DNA of 64,000 nucleotides. Origin: a virus. Location: the IMG/VR virus record IMGVR_UViG_3300042544_002482, positions 1-64,000 of that record; one strand, written 5' to 3'. The notes below the pieces were generated by a model. That model did no database searches and was not told the DNA's origin. It was given only the letters and a program-made list of their open reading frames with translations. Positions 28,375 to 38,050 of this stretch are shown one piece after another; positions within the stretch are counted from its first letter, which is position 1; every line of letters starts with the position of its first letter. A program made the position numbers and the translations under genes.

Positions 28375-28754
28375 TATCCTTTAGTTTGGTCATATTTTAT
28401 AGTTCCATCTGGACTCATGTGTCCAGTTCTTATTGCCGTTCCACTTATTACCGCCACATCCGCTGGAGGTTCGTGATATATTACATCATAACCCACACCT
28501 CTACCATAGTTTATACTTTCAATGTCAGGAATAATCGATATTAATATTTTATCAAAGTTCTGACTAAAAAAGGGTTCATGTATTAACATCTGCAACACTT
28601 CCTGTGCGGTTTTTGGGTTATTTTCATCCACCTCAACATCTCTAATCGCCACCCATACATTCTTACCTTTTTCCAATTGTTGGTTGATTAACCATTCGTG
28701 ACCCTTGTGCCAATTCTGCCAACGGCCAACATACATTGCGTACTTTTTACTCAT
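28374..28754 (-). CDS. HxGH nucleotidyltransferase (cytidylyltransferase-like)
   Basis: GRWQNWHKGH, YGRGVGY, ISGTAIR. Confidence 0.8.
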   Translation of the reverse strand: MSKKYAMYVGRWQNWHKGHEWLINQQLEKGKNVWVAIRDVEVDENNPKTAQEVLQMLIHEPFFSQNFDKILISIIPDIESINYGRGVGYDVIYHEPPADVAVISGTAIRTGHMSPDGTIKYDQTKG

Positions 28755-29185
28755 AATGTTATAATATTTAATAATTTATTTGATGATTGTTCCACGGTTT
28801 CTGTGGTGGTATCAATATCTATAAAGTCTTCTGTTGGTGGTTCGTAATTAGATACGTGGAAATTTTCCCTACCTCTAATCTCACTAGTGTGTACATAAAC
28901 CTCTGTAACATCTGCTAGTTTTTTAAATGTGTCTCTTTGGTCCTTATATGGTGAAACCAATGACACTAAAACCGTGTACCCTTTCCTATGTAGGAAAAGT
29001 GCAATGTCTTGAGCCCTCTCAATATTCCTTCTTCTTCCTGCTTCGGAATAATCTTTATTTTGGAAAATGTCTCTTAAATCGTCACCATCAATATGTGCGG
29101 TAGATGTGGGTGAAAGAGTTTTCATCAATTCTAACGCAATAGTTGTTTTACCCGATCCGGGTTGACCCGTAAACCAATATATCAT
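28751..29185 (-). CDS. cysC: adenylyl-sulfate (APS) kinase
   Basis: WFTGQPGSGKTT, IDGDDLR, R..NI, VSPY...R, YEPP. Confidence 0.88.
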   Translation of the reverse strand: MIYWFTGQPGSGKTTIALELMKTLSPTSTAHIDGDDLRDIFQNKDYSEAGRRRNIERAQDIALFLHRKGYTVLVSLVSPYKDQRDTFKKLADVTEVYVHTSEIRGRENFHVSNYEPPTEDFIDIDTTTETVEQSSNKLLNIITL

Positions 29186-29191
29186 ACATAT

Positions 29192-29220
29192 AATATATGA
29201 AAATAGATTGAAATAATAAA
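29192..29220 (-). promoter_or_regulatory. sigma70-type promoter TTTATT-17-TATATT (leaderless position)
   Basis: -10 ends 6 nt before the cysC ATG; -35 is weak. Confidence 0.45.
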
Positions 29221-29221
29221 G

Positions 29222-30373
29222 TTAAATTACACTTTTATCATAAAATTGAAATCCTGTTATTTTTTCATACATTTTTTCTCCGGGTGATAAAAGTGGTAGA
29301 TTAATGTTATATTTTGGGTATATCTCTCTATAGTAACTATTCACCTTACGTAACCACTCAACCCCAAATCTGTGGGCGATTTGTCCAATAATTAAACATT
29401 GTATTATGGGTGACCATTTATGATGAGCTAAATGTAGTATACCACCAAAATCATGATTAAAATATTTTAACATATCCTCCTCATCTTTTATAGTGTATTT
29501 GTTCTTTTTTAGGTTAGACACACCACAACAATCACAGATAAATTCTTCATCGTAGTGGTAATTGTTTTGAAACATTAATGGGAATTCAAAATCGTTCTCT
29601 AAGTACGTCCCATCTCTTCGTTCCTGTAATATTTGAAAGAACCATTTATTAGCTAAAAAACACTCTCCAGATGTGATTGAATTTTTATATTTATCACTCA
29701 ATTCCATTAAGTTTAAATGTATCATTAATTGTTCAATGTAACAAGCTCCATATCCTTTATCATATGAGTCTATCTTTTCTTTATTTTCTTCGTAGTGACT
29801 TAATGATAATTGTGTTGCCTTTTTGAATAATTCGAAATCTTTTACATATATTAAATTCATATTTGGGATGTCTCCAACTTTAAAGTTTTTAATTTTTTCT
29901 TCCGAATGAAATTTTTTCATATCATTAAACGGAACCCCATATGCATTCATTGCACTAGTAAAATAATCATTAAATCCTTTTGGTGTTGTGTTACGTCCTA
30001 AATCTGGAAAATCTCTATGTGCGAACATAACGTCTTGTTCTAATGGAAACGTTATTTTTTTATTAATAATAGTGTCGGTATCAATGTGAATAAAAGGTTC
30101 ATTCATCGATTCGAACACCTTCATTTTCACAACACTAAACGTAGTTGGGTTTAATCCATCTAACACATCTATATCTATTTCATCATATGGAATACCAATT
30201 TTAACAATTTGTTCCATAACAAACTCATTTGTGTATAATTTTATATTCCCTTGATTTCTTTTAATCATTAACGCGCTAAGTAATTGTACATATAAAACGT
30301 CTTTCCATATGACGTGTGTATATTTTTTATCGACATTAAAGTTATTTGGAATATAGCTATGTATAAATTTCAT
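29222..30373 (-). CDS. GT-A-like DxD protein (DUF6734-like, tentative)
   Basis: LYTN, K......EPFIHIDTD, PN, IEQ; paralog of 30373-31314. Confidence 0.55.
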   Translation of the reverse strand: MKFIHSYIPNNFNVDKKYTHVIWKDVLYVQLLSALMIKRNQGNIKLYTNEFVMEQIVKIGIPYDEIDIDVLDGLNPTTFSVVKMKVFESMNEPFIHIDTDTIINKKITFPLEQDVMFAHRDFPDLGRNTTPKGFNDYFTSAMNAYGVPFNDMKKFHSEEKIKNFKVGDIPNMNLIYVKDFELFKKATQLSLSHYEENKEKIDSYDKGYGACYIEQLMIHLNLMELSDKYKNSITSGECFLANKWFFQILQERRDGTYLENDFEFPLMFQNNYHYDEEFICDCCGVSNLKKNKYTIKDEEDMLKYFNHDFGGILHLAHHKWSPIIQCLIIGQIAHRFGVEWLRKVNSYYREIYPKYNINLPLLSPGEKMYEKITGFQFYDKSVI

Positions 30374-31314
30374 TAAATTAACTTTTTATTTACTTTATTA
30401 ATTTCATTTTTGTATTCCTCAATTTTCATATTTCTATATTCTTCATTTAATTTTAATGCGTGTTTATTAAACCACACGTGTTCGTAATTCAAATTTTCAG
30501 TGTGATCAACTCTGTTTGGGTCCTTTAACCAAAATAAAGCCTTTCCTGGTGCGGGATTATCACCAATAGAATGTGATTCTGAATATGACATATAAATCTT
30601 ATTCTCAATACTCTCCACTTTCATATTCAATTTTCTAATCCCGTAACCAAGTATCCCTTGATCAGCAATTAACCATAACCACTCAGGTATGTATTCATAT
30701 TCTCTAGTGATTATATCTAAATGTCTTTTTAGGTAATCATCTCTTAATGTCTCATTGTTCATGAAAACAAATGATGTATTTGGTATAAACATATTTTGAT
30801 TGAAGTCTTCAATACCACCGATACGGTTTACTTGATTTTCAAAAACAAAAAATTCTCCCCTTTGAATTTCCCATTGGGTGTGTACTAAATCGTAATTCCA
30901 AACCCAATCAGGTAATTTACTCCTTACAATAAAATCTAAATCTAAAAATAGATATGGTGTGGGTTCTTTACCAATTACAATTGATTTACCCGTTGTCCAA
31001 AATCTACCTGGTTCAATGTATGAGTATTCTTTATTGAATGTCTCTAAAACATCCGTATCCACCTCATCCCATAACCCCAACATTCCTTTTTTCTTATAAA
31101 ATTCATACCCAATATTATCAGTATACAATTTTGTTACCCCAACATACTTTTTCGCGTTTCTTACTGCTAATTCCTGTATAACTAATTCATAATCAACAAT
31201 ATCATATTCATCGTCGGGTAAATCAAACATCTTCATTCTATTATACCCTTGAGCATCATTCTTGTGAAAAAATGGCGCGGTCCAATTAACAAAGATTACT
31301 TTTAAATTATTCAT
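30373..31314 (-). CDS. GT-A-like DxD protein (DUF6734-like, tentative)
   Basis: KLYTD, FW..GK, PYLFLDLD, PNTS, ADQ. Confidence 0.55.
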   Translation of the reverse strand: MNNLKVIFVNWTAPFFHKNDAQGYNRMKMFDLPDDEYDIVDYELVIQELAVRNAKKYVGVTKLYTDNIGYEFYKKKGMLGLWDEVDTDVLETFNKEYSYIEPGRFWTTGKSIVIGKEPTPYLFLDLDFIVRSKLPDWVWNYDLVHTQWEIQRGEFFVFENQVNRIGGIEDFNQNMFIPNTSFVFMNNETLRDDYLKRHLDIITREYEYIPEWLWLIADQGILGYGIRKLNMKVESIENKIYMSYSESHSIGDNPAPGKALFWLKDPNRVDHTENLNYEHVWFNKHALKLNEEYRNMKIEEYKNEINKVNKKLI

Positions 31315-32008
31315 ATATAAAATATAAGTCTTGTTTTAAATCATTGGTTTTATATAAAGGTACCCCCGAATTTAAAATCGATATACCTATTATTAATCCC
31401 TCACCTCTACCTAATGGTTTGTTATTAAATTTAACATCATTATTGTTTATTTCTTTTTTTAAACAATTAAAAATTTTAAAAAAGTCATTCAACTTTTCAT
31501 CTCTACTAATAACGAAAAATCTTTCACCAATTAATTTAGCATCGCTAATTTTTAAATTGTTTTTTTTACAATGATTTTCAATATGATCAAAATAATCATC
31601 TTTAATGATGTTCTTAAATTCTTGATATGTTAAAGGGGTTTCTAACCAATCTTCAGTATAATAAATCCCGGGGTTAAATTTTGCTTCACAGAAGTTATCA
31701 ATATTTAATGTGATATCAGAATCAACATATAATATCGTCTCATATTTTTTTAAAGCAATTTCACAAATCAATAATTTATCCGTATAAGATTTGTCTACTT
31801 CAGTATACGGGACAATAATAACATTTAAGTCCTTAAACTCTTCTGGACTGTCAGTTAAAACAAGAATATCTACTGGGTAAGATTTATAGGTCTTAATATT
31901 TTTAATCGCCAAATCAATATAATAATTGTCTTCTTCTTTTTCTATTATACCGTTTTTAACTAATGGAGATTTAAATACAAATAAACAAATAGCTTTATTC
32001 ATAATCAA
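31307..32008 (-). CDS. GT-A-like protein, paralog of 49130-49864
   Basis: VLTDSPEEF, SY.DK, YVDSD, GRGEG. Confidence 0.55.
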   Translation of the reverse strand: MIMNKAICLFVFKSPLVKNGIIEKEEDNYYIDLAIKNIKTYKSYPVDILVLTDSPEEFKDLNVIIVPYTEVDKSYTDKLLICEIALKKYETILYVDSDITLNIDNFCEAKFNPGIYYTEDWLETPLTYQEFKNIIKDDYFDHIENHCKKNNLKISDAKLIGERFFVISRDEKLNDFFKIFNCLKKEINNNDVKFNNKPLGRGEGLIIGISILNSGVPLYKTNDLKQDLYFIYE

Positions 32009-32576
32009 TTTTATGGTTTTGTATTAATGTTAAGCTTTGCCCAACCAAAACATCTCTTCGCCCATCTGTAACTGGTTTTATAAAATGTGGGTGTGTCAAT
32101 CCACCTGGAAAGATAATAATATCACCCAATTCTAAATTATAAGAAATGTCTTGTCTTGGAAAACAAAGTTCACCACCTTTAAAATTATTATTAAGTAAGC
32201 CAACAAATGTTAAACCACTAAAATCCCAATGAACATTCTTTTCTGAAAAAATTGTATTGTCTCTATAATAATGTAATAAAAACATATCCCTCCATTTTGT
32301 TTTAACAAAATCTTTTATATTTTTTATTGTTTCGTGAGACGCGTTTAATCCAATACCATTTTCAATATCATAAATTTTTAGATAGTCGTCTAAAAGCGGA
32401 TATTCAATATTATTGAACCAAAAATCATTAATTTTATAAAATAAACTCATATCAATTTTATCTACATCAATCCTATCAATACCACCAATATTATCACGAA
32501 CTAATAATAATTCATCAATAATAGATTTTGGTATTATAGATTTAAAAACGAAAATATCTGAATCTATTTTTATCAT
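31995..32576 (-). CDS. 2OG-Fe(II) oxygenase
   Basis: HWD...LN..FKGGEL.F...GD.IIFP....H...PV..G.R. Confidence 0.85.
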   Translation of the reverse strand: MIKIDSDIFVFKSIIPKSIIDELLLVRDNIGGIDRIDVDKIDMSLFYKINDFWFNNIEYPLLDDYLKIYDIENGIGLNASHETIKNIKDFVKTKWRDMFLLHYYRDNTIFSEKNVHWDFSGLTFVGLLNNNFKGGELCFPRQDISYNLELGDIIIFPGGLTHPHFIKPVTDGRRDVLVGQSLTLIQNHKIDYE

Positions 32577-33287
32577 TTATATTTCAATATTAAAATTAAT
32601 TACACATCTATGGGTTTTACCATAGAATGGTTTAACTGAATGTATAATATCAGCCGGCCACATCATTAACATACCTTTTTTAGGTCTTATAAAGTGAGAC
32701 ATTCCTCTGATATGAAACGTAAAAACACCACTGTATGGATGATCTGCGATTGGCTCACCATCTGATAAATAATATCCGCCAACAAAACTTAAAGGTGCTG
32801 ATTCATAAATAGACCACCTACAATGGTTGTGTTGATTATGTCCTCTTCCAGAAGTTGGCTCATAATATTGTATCCAACTTTCTGTCACCTTTGGGTTGTT
32901 GTTATGTTTAAAATTTAATAAATTTAAAAAATCAATAAAACCATCTGTACATCGTTTCTTAATTAGTTTAACACATTCTTCTTCTCTATCTAAAAACTCA
33001 TTTGTGGGCACAAGAAAACGACTACCTATTGGGTTGAATTCTGTCGGTTCAACCCATTTATCATGTTTACCATAATTTATTTCATATGTGCTTTGTCTAT
33101 CCTGATCATATTGTTCAGGTAATTCTTGCCCCATTAATTTTTGTTCGGGTGTTAACTCATTAAACCCTAAATTATAAACCAAATCATGTAAATCATGATC
33201 ATCAAATTGTTTCATGTATACTGGTATGGGGGCTAAAAGATATAGATTGTCTTGACCGCTTGGCCAAAGTGGATTGTGAAAATACAT
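32577..33287 (-). CDS. putative 2OG-Fe(II) oxygenase
   Basis: SW..Y....HNQHNH, PKKG...WP....HSV.P.....R.VINFN. Confidence 0.8.
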   Translation of the reverse strand: MYFHNPLWPSGQDNLYLLAPIPVYMKQFDDHDLHDLVYNLGFNELTPEQKLMGQELPEQYDQDRQSTYEINYGKHDKWVEPTEFNPIGSRFLVPTNEFLDREEECVKLIKKRCTDGFIDFLNLLNFKHNNNPKVTESWIQYYEPTSGRGHNQHNHCRWSIYESAPLSFVGGYYLSDGEPIADHPYSGVFTFHIRGMSHFIRPKKGMLMMWPADIIHSVKPFYGKTHRCVINFNIEI

Positions 33288-34480
33288 TAGCTTAATTTTA
33301 AAATATTATATGTTATTGGGAATATATCTTTAAATTTTTGATCCCTAGATTCATCTAGTAAATTATTTATTTTAATAAATGAATTCCAGTCCTGTTCTGT
33401 CGATTCTTTACTATTAAGGTATTGCGTAATATTTGTAAATTGTTCTTTAATTTCCGGGCTTTTTACCGGTAAACTATTATAAGATTCATTAACATATTTT
33501 TCAATATCTATTTTTAAGTTTTCTGGAATATTGTTTATGCAATAGTATTTTGGTTGTGATAAAAAGTTACAATGTATTCGAATATTATTCTCAATTGCAA
33601 ATTCAGCGACTTCGTTAAAATCTAGGACATTCATAATTGAAACTGTGTAACAAATATGAAACTTGAAATTTTTTAAATCTTTTGTTTTATCTAACCATAA
33701 TAAAATATTATTTTTTACTTCATTCCAGTTTGCACCATATCTTAAATAATTAAATTTATCACCAACACCGTCTATACTAAATGAAATATCAGAAAGCTCA
33801 AAGTTTTTTAATATTTCAAAATATTCATCTTTAAAAATAGTACCATTAGTGTTAAAATGAACATACTTATTTTTAGCAATACCAGTATATACACATTTTT
33901 CTAAAATGGACCATTGTTTTTTCATTAACATTGGTTCACCACCATATAGATCAAGTATTTTTACTGATGATATATTTTTTTCAATTTCATCCCAAACCAT
34001 ACTGTCGTCAGCAAATGGTAAAGAACAAGATTTTGTAATCTGATTTAGTTTTTCATCTGAAATATCCGGGTTTAAAACTGATTTATGTTCTTTTTTCCAG
34101 TTTGAAGATGAATATACGTTACATATTCTACAAGTTAGATTACAAATATTCCCCATGTTTAATTCTAAAAAATGTATTTCACTTTCTAGTAGGGTTAAAT
34201 GTGCAACTCTATTATTATCTCTAATTCTTTTACTTTCAACTCCCGAATCTTCTAAATTCCAACAACCATTACACTCTGGTGATTTTATTCCATTTTTAAA
34301 ATCTTCTTTAAGTTTTTTTAATGTAGGTGATTGTAGTGCGTCTTGGAAGGTTGTGTTTAGAACACTCATAACATTACCATCATCATCTTTAAGATATGTT
34401 TCACTAGCAATACAACATGGTGTAAATTTTCCATCCGTTGTTACCCTCAACCCATTATTTATGTTTGCACATTTTATCAT
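33287..34480 (-). CDS. radical SAM with N-terminal twitch/SPASM-like domain
   Basis: C...PCC...ECNGCW; CNLTCRIC; GGEP. Confidence 0.9.
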   Translation of the reverse strand: MIKCANINNGLRVTTDGKFTPCCIASETYLKDDDGNVMSVLNTTFQDALQSPTLKKLKEDFKNGIKSPECNGCWNLEDSGVESKRIRDNNRVAHLTLLESEIHFLELNMGNICNLTCRICNVYSSSNWKKEHKSVLNPDISDEKLNQITKSCSLPFADDSMVWDEIEKNISSVKILDLYGGEPMLMKKQWSILEKCVYTGIAKNKYVHFNTNGTIFKDEYFEILKNFELSDISFSIDGVGDKFNYLRYGANWNEVKNNILLWLDKTKDLKNFKFHICYTVSIMNVLDFNEVAEFAIENNIRIHCNFLSQPKYYCINNIPENLKIDIEKYVNESYNSLPVKSPEIKEQFTNITQYLNSKESTEQDWNSFIKINNLLDESRDQKFKDIFPITYNILKLS

Positions 34481-34481
34481 C

Positions 34482-35504
34482 TTATAATGTTAAATTATGT
34501 TTTATTCTTTCTGTTTTTGGTAATCGATTATATATTTCAATCAACTTATAATACTCATCGTGATTAGAATCACCAATATCCGTTTTTTTAAATTGTTCGG
34601 CGGTATATGTACCCCAATTAACCACTCTGTTATAAAACACGGACCAATTTTTACTTTTATTTGAGAAAATGTTTTTAACCATTTCATAAAACAAAACCAT
34701 TTCTTGATAGTTTTCATATTGGACAACGAATGATATTGTTACATCACGTAGGTAAGGTAATGTCGAAATAAAATTTAAATTATTTTGGATATCTTCCCAT
34801 TTACCTCCAATCCTTACTTTATTTTCATATGTTTCTTTTATTGCGGAATCAACCGATATTTCACAACTCTTTACGTACTTGTGAATGTTTTTCATTCTCG
34901 ACCAGTTAGATTCATTCCACAGTGTTGCGTTAGTGTGTAAATGGATTTTTTTAAGGTTGGGGTATTTTGTAAAATCAAAATTCATCATCCACTTTCTAAA
35001 CGTTCTAGAAAAGAATGGATCACCTGACCCCGTACATTCGATATGTTCTAAACCACCGCTTAATTCCTGTTCAATGTGTTGTATTAATTGTTCGGTTCTT
35101 TCTCGTTCATCTCCCTCGTAATTAATAAATGTAGTTCTACATGATGGACATTTTAAATTACAACTTTGGTCAAAATTCATTTTGATTGTTGTTGGGAGTC
35201 CATTATCATATTTATTTCTATTTTTAAGGAATTCTTCTTTACTTACAAAACCATGTGTTTTACCTTCCTTAAGTCCTGTTAGTTTGGGGCATCTTGATTC
35301 AATACAAAATTTATATGAGCCATCTAACATACTCTCCCTAACTTGTTCGGCAATATCTGACTTCCAATTAGTTTCAATAGACATTGGGTCACCTAGATTT
35401 ACGGGCAACCAATTCGGACAACACATAAAAGTCTTATGGTCAAATAACTCCAAAAAATTAAATGGTTGTGTGCAAACCCAATCCTTTTTATCTAATTGAT
35501 TCAT
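34482..35504 (-). CDS. radical SAM with N-terminal twitch-like domain
   Basis: CTQPF..CCPNW..FC...CP; CNLKCPSC; GSGDPF. Confidence 0.88.
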   Translation of the reverse strand: MNQLDKKDWVCTQPFNFLELFDHKTFMCCPNWLPVNLGDPMSIETNWKSDIAEQVRESMLDGSYKFCIESRCPKLTGLKEGKTHGFVSKEEFLKNRNKYDNGLPTTIKMNFDQSCNLKCPSCRTTFINYEGDERERTEQLIQHIEQELSGGLEHIECTGSGDPFFSRTFRKWMMNFDFTKYPNLKKIHLHTNATLWNESNWSRMKNIHKYVKSCEISVDSAIKETYENKVRIGGKWEDIQNNLNFISTLPYLRDVTISFVVQYENYQEMVLFYEMVKNIFSNKSKNWSVFYNRVVNWGTYTAEQFKKTDIGDSNHDEYYKLIEIYNRLPKTERIKHNLTL

Positions 35505-36811
35505 ATTAATGTATCGTCGTTTTTTATTTCGTTTAAAAAGGATTTATCAACTATTGAGTTTTCAATTTCAGTAAACCAATCAACATATTGTGGATTAACA
35601 TCTAAAAACTTTTCATTTCTTCTTTTATCTAATATGAGAGTTGACCTAAGTAAATGTCTTTCGGAATCTTTAATGTCACCTTCAAATGGTGTGTTCATGT
35701 GTTTTTCCCATGCATTAATGGCATTATCAACTATTCTCCTAACATGTGGATTTTCGATGGTCTTTGTATAATCATGTAATTTATTTATTAAATCAACCTT
35801 AAGATTTGATGGTAATATTCTGATGTCGTACCAATGTGGTGTTGTTAGTAAATTATTTAATGATACCGTATTTGGATTAACTCCGACAGTTATTGCCATA
35901 TCAATTAATTCATTAATGTGGAATATGTTTAGTATACTGATTGTTGGTGAAATATGTACCTCCATTCCTTTATCAACACATGATTTAATGTTTTCATAAA
36001 CACTATTCCATTTTGTCCCATTACGAATTACTTCCGCTAATTTACCAACAGCATCTAAAGATGCAAATAACATGATTCTACCATTTGGATCATTCAAAAA
36101 GTGACTCCACAAACCATGTAAATCCCATTTTTTAAATTTAATGTGACTAAAATTTGTGTTGTATCTAATTCTCACATTTGTTCTACCCGCAGCAATTAGT
36201 TTTTCTAATATGATATAATGTTCATCCATGATTAATGGTTCACCACCCGCAAAATAAATTTCTTCAACATCGTTGATGAATCTGTCCACGTATTTAAAAA
36301 TATCTTCCTTACTATCTGAGTTATAATTCAGTAATCCGTTGTTATCCATTTTTGTTCCGTATAGTGCAGTCTCATCTTCGTACCATTTACTACTTGAAAA
36401 CGCTCCACACATTCTACATTTAAAATTACAAATGTTAGACCACCTAAAATCCCAATACTTTAATACAAATTTATCATTATGTCCAGTTTCAGGATTTGTT
36501 TCTTTAATTAAATCAGGAATCTCGTTATTAAAAAAATGGTTGTGGGTGTTTCGTGGACTTAACAGACCACTATCTTCAATTAGAAAACATCTTTCACAAA
36601 GATTTGGTCTTTCTCCTTCTAACATTTCTTTTCTGATTGTTTTCATGTCATCACCATTCCATATTTCTTCTAAGGTGTCTTTACTAGTGTTACCTATTGA
36701 TTTACCATAAGGAGCCATACAACAAGGGTAAATGTCACCATTAGGTTGTACGTTTAAATGTGCCCATGGTAGAACACAAAATGTTTTTGATATATTGTTA
36801 CCGTTACTCAT
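35501..36811 (-). CDS. radical SAM with N-terminal twitch-like domain
   Basis: FCVLPW..PCC..CERC; CNFKCRMC; AGGEP. Confidence 0.9.
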   Translation of the reverse strand: MSNGNNISKTFCVLPWAHLNVQPNGDIYPCCMAPYGKSIGNTSKDTLEEIWNGDDMKTIRKEMLEGERPNLCERCFLIEDSGLLSPRNTHNHFFNNEIPDLIKETNPETGHNDKFVLKYWDFRWSNICNFKCRMCGAFSSSKWYEDETALYGTKMDNNGLLNYNSDSKEDIFKYVDRFINDVEEIYFAGGEPLIMDEHYIILEKLIAAGRTNVRIRYNTNFSHIKFKKWDLHGLWSHFLNDPNGRIMLFASLDAVGKLAEVIRNGTKWNSVYENIKSCVDKGMEVHISPTISILNIFHINELIDMAITVGVNPNTVSLNNLLTTPHWYDIRILPSNLKVDLINKLHDYTKTIENPHVRRIVDNAINAWEKHMNTPFEGDIKDSERHLLRSTLILDKRRNEKFLDVNPQYVDWFTEIENSIVDKSFLNEIKNDDTLI

Positions 36812-38047
36812 CTATAATAATTTTTTTTGTAAAACTTCTTTTATTTTTGGGAATGTGTTCAAAAAACTTTCACTCCTTATTTCATCAACCTTATTTGTTA
36901 CATTAACAAATAAATCTTTTTCTCCATTTTCAGGTGTATTGTAATAAACACCATACAAGTCATTAAAGAACTCATCACTTACCAAACCTTTTATTTCATC
37001 AATTTTTTTTCTCCTCACATCAATAGGAAAAACATTTGGACTTTGGTATGATGGTGAAAAAACATGATTAGGTGTTAGTCGATAAATTTTACCTGAACCA
37101 TCTAACTTATATAAACCTTCTTTTATAAGGAATTGAGCCAACTCCTCAATATATAAAAAATTAAACGCGTTGATAGTTTGTGTGATACTAATATGGAAAT
37201 TATATTCATTAATGTACCTTTTAAGGTTATTAATTGTTAAATCCCAATTACTTAAACTCCTAATAAATGTATTTCTATCTTTGACATCGTCAATACTAAT
37301 AGATAATGCCACATTTTTAAATGACTTTAATTTTTCTAATGTTGGTTTTATTTTGTCAAAATCATAATTAGCGTTGGTGATATATGAAATTGTTGTATTT
37401 TTAGCGTGACCCTCCTCAACCATTCTTTTAATTAAGTAATCGTGTTTTGAGACAAGAAACGGTTCACCTCCACTTACTTGTAATAAATTAAGGTTAGGTG
37501 TGAACTTAATTAAGTCATCATAAAATTCAACTTTGTCAGGCCATTCATAGTCTGAATCCTCACTATTTTTTATAGATTGATAATCAGATGGTAAAGGTAC
37601 AACGTCTTTTAATTTATAATAATCGGTTATCCAAGATGTACTCGATTCGGCATTACATGAACGACATTTAAAATTACAAAAATTACCAAGTCTTAATTCT
37701 ACGTTTGTTAAATTAGGTACTATACTACCATCCTCATTAATTGAGGTGTTAATAATTTCTCTATTTTCTTTAATTCTTTTAGATACGTTACCATTCTTTT
37801 CAACATTATAACAAGTTAAACAGGCGTTAGGTACTTCACCATTAACCATTTGTTTTCTAACTTTTTTAAAACTATCAGAGTTAATTACTTTTTCAACACC
37901 TTGATTTATGTTAACAACCTTTCCATCGGTTTTGGCAAAGGTTTCTTCCGCTTCCCAATTAGCTTCACAACAAACAGAACAATGTCCATGTGGATGAACA
38001 CTGATATGGTTCCACAATAAATTACATATGAATTTTTTATTTTCCAT
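36812..38047 (-). CDS. radical SAM with N-terminal twitch-like domain
   Basis: C..VCC..CLTC; CNFKCRSC; SGGEP. Confidence 0.9.
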   Translation of the reverse strand: MENKKFICNLLWNHISVHPHGHCSVCCEANWEAEETFAKTDGKVVNINQGVEKVINSDSFKKVRKQMVNGEVPNACLTCYNVEKNGNVSKRIKENREIINTSINEDGSIVPNLTNVELRLGNFCNFKCRSCNAESSTSWITDYYKLKDVVPLPSDYQSIKNSEDSDYEWPDKVEFYDDLIKFTPNLNLLQVSGGEPFLVSKHDYLIKRMVEEGHAKNTTISYITNANYDFDKIKPTLEKLKSFKNVALSISIDDVKDRNTFIRSLSNWDLTINNLKRYINEYNFHISITQTINAFNFLYIEELAQFLIKEGLYKLDGSGKIYRLTPNHVFSPSYQSPNVFPIDVRRKKIDEIKGLVSDEFFNDLYGVYYNTPENGEKDLFVNVTNKVDEIRSESFLNTFPKIKEVLQKKLL

Positions 38048-38050
38048 TTT

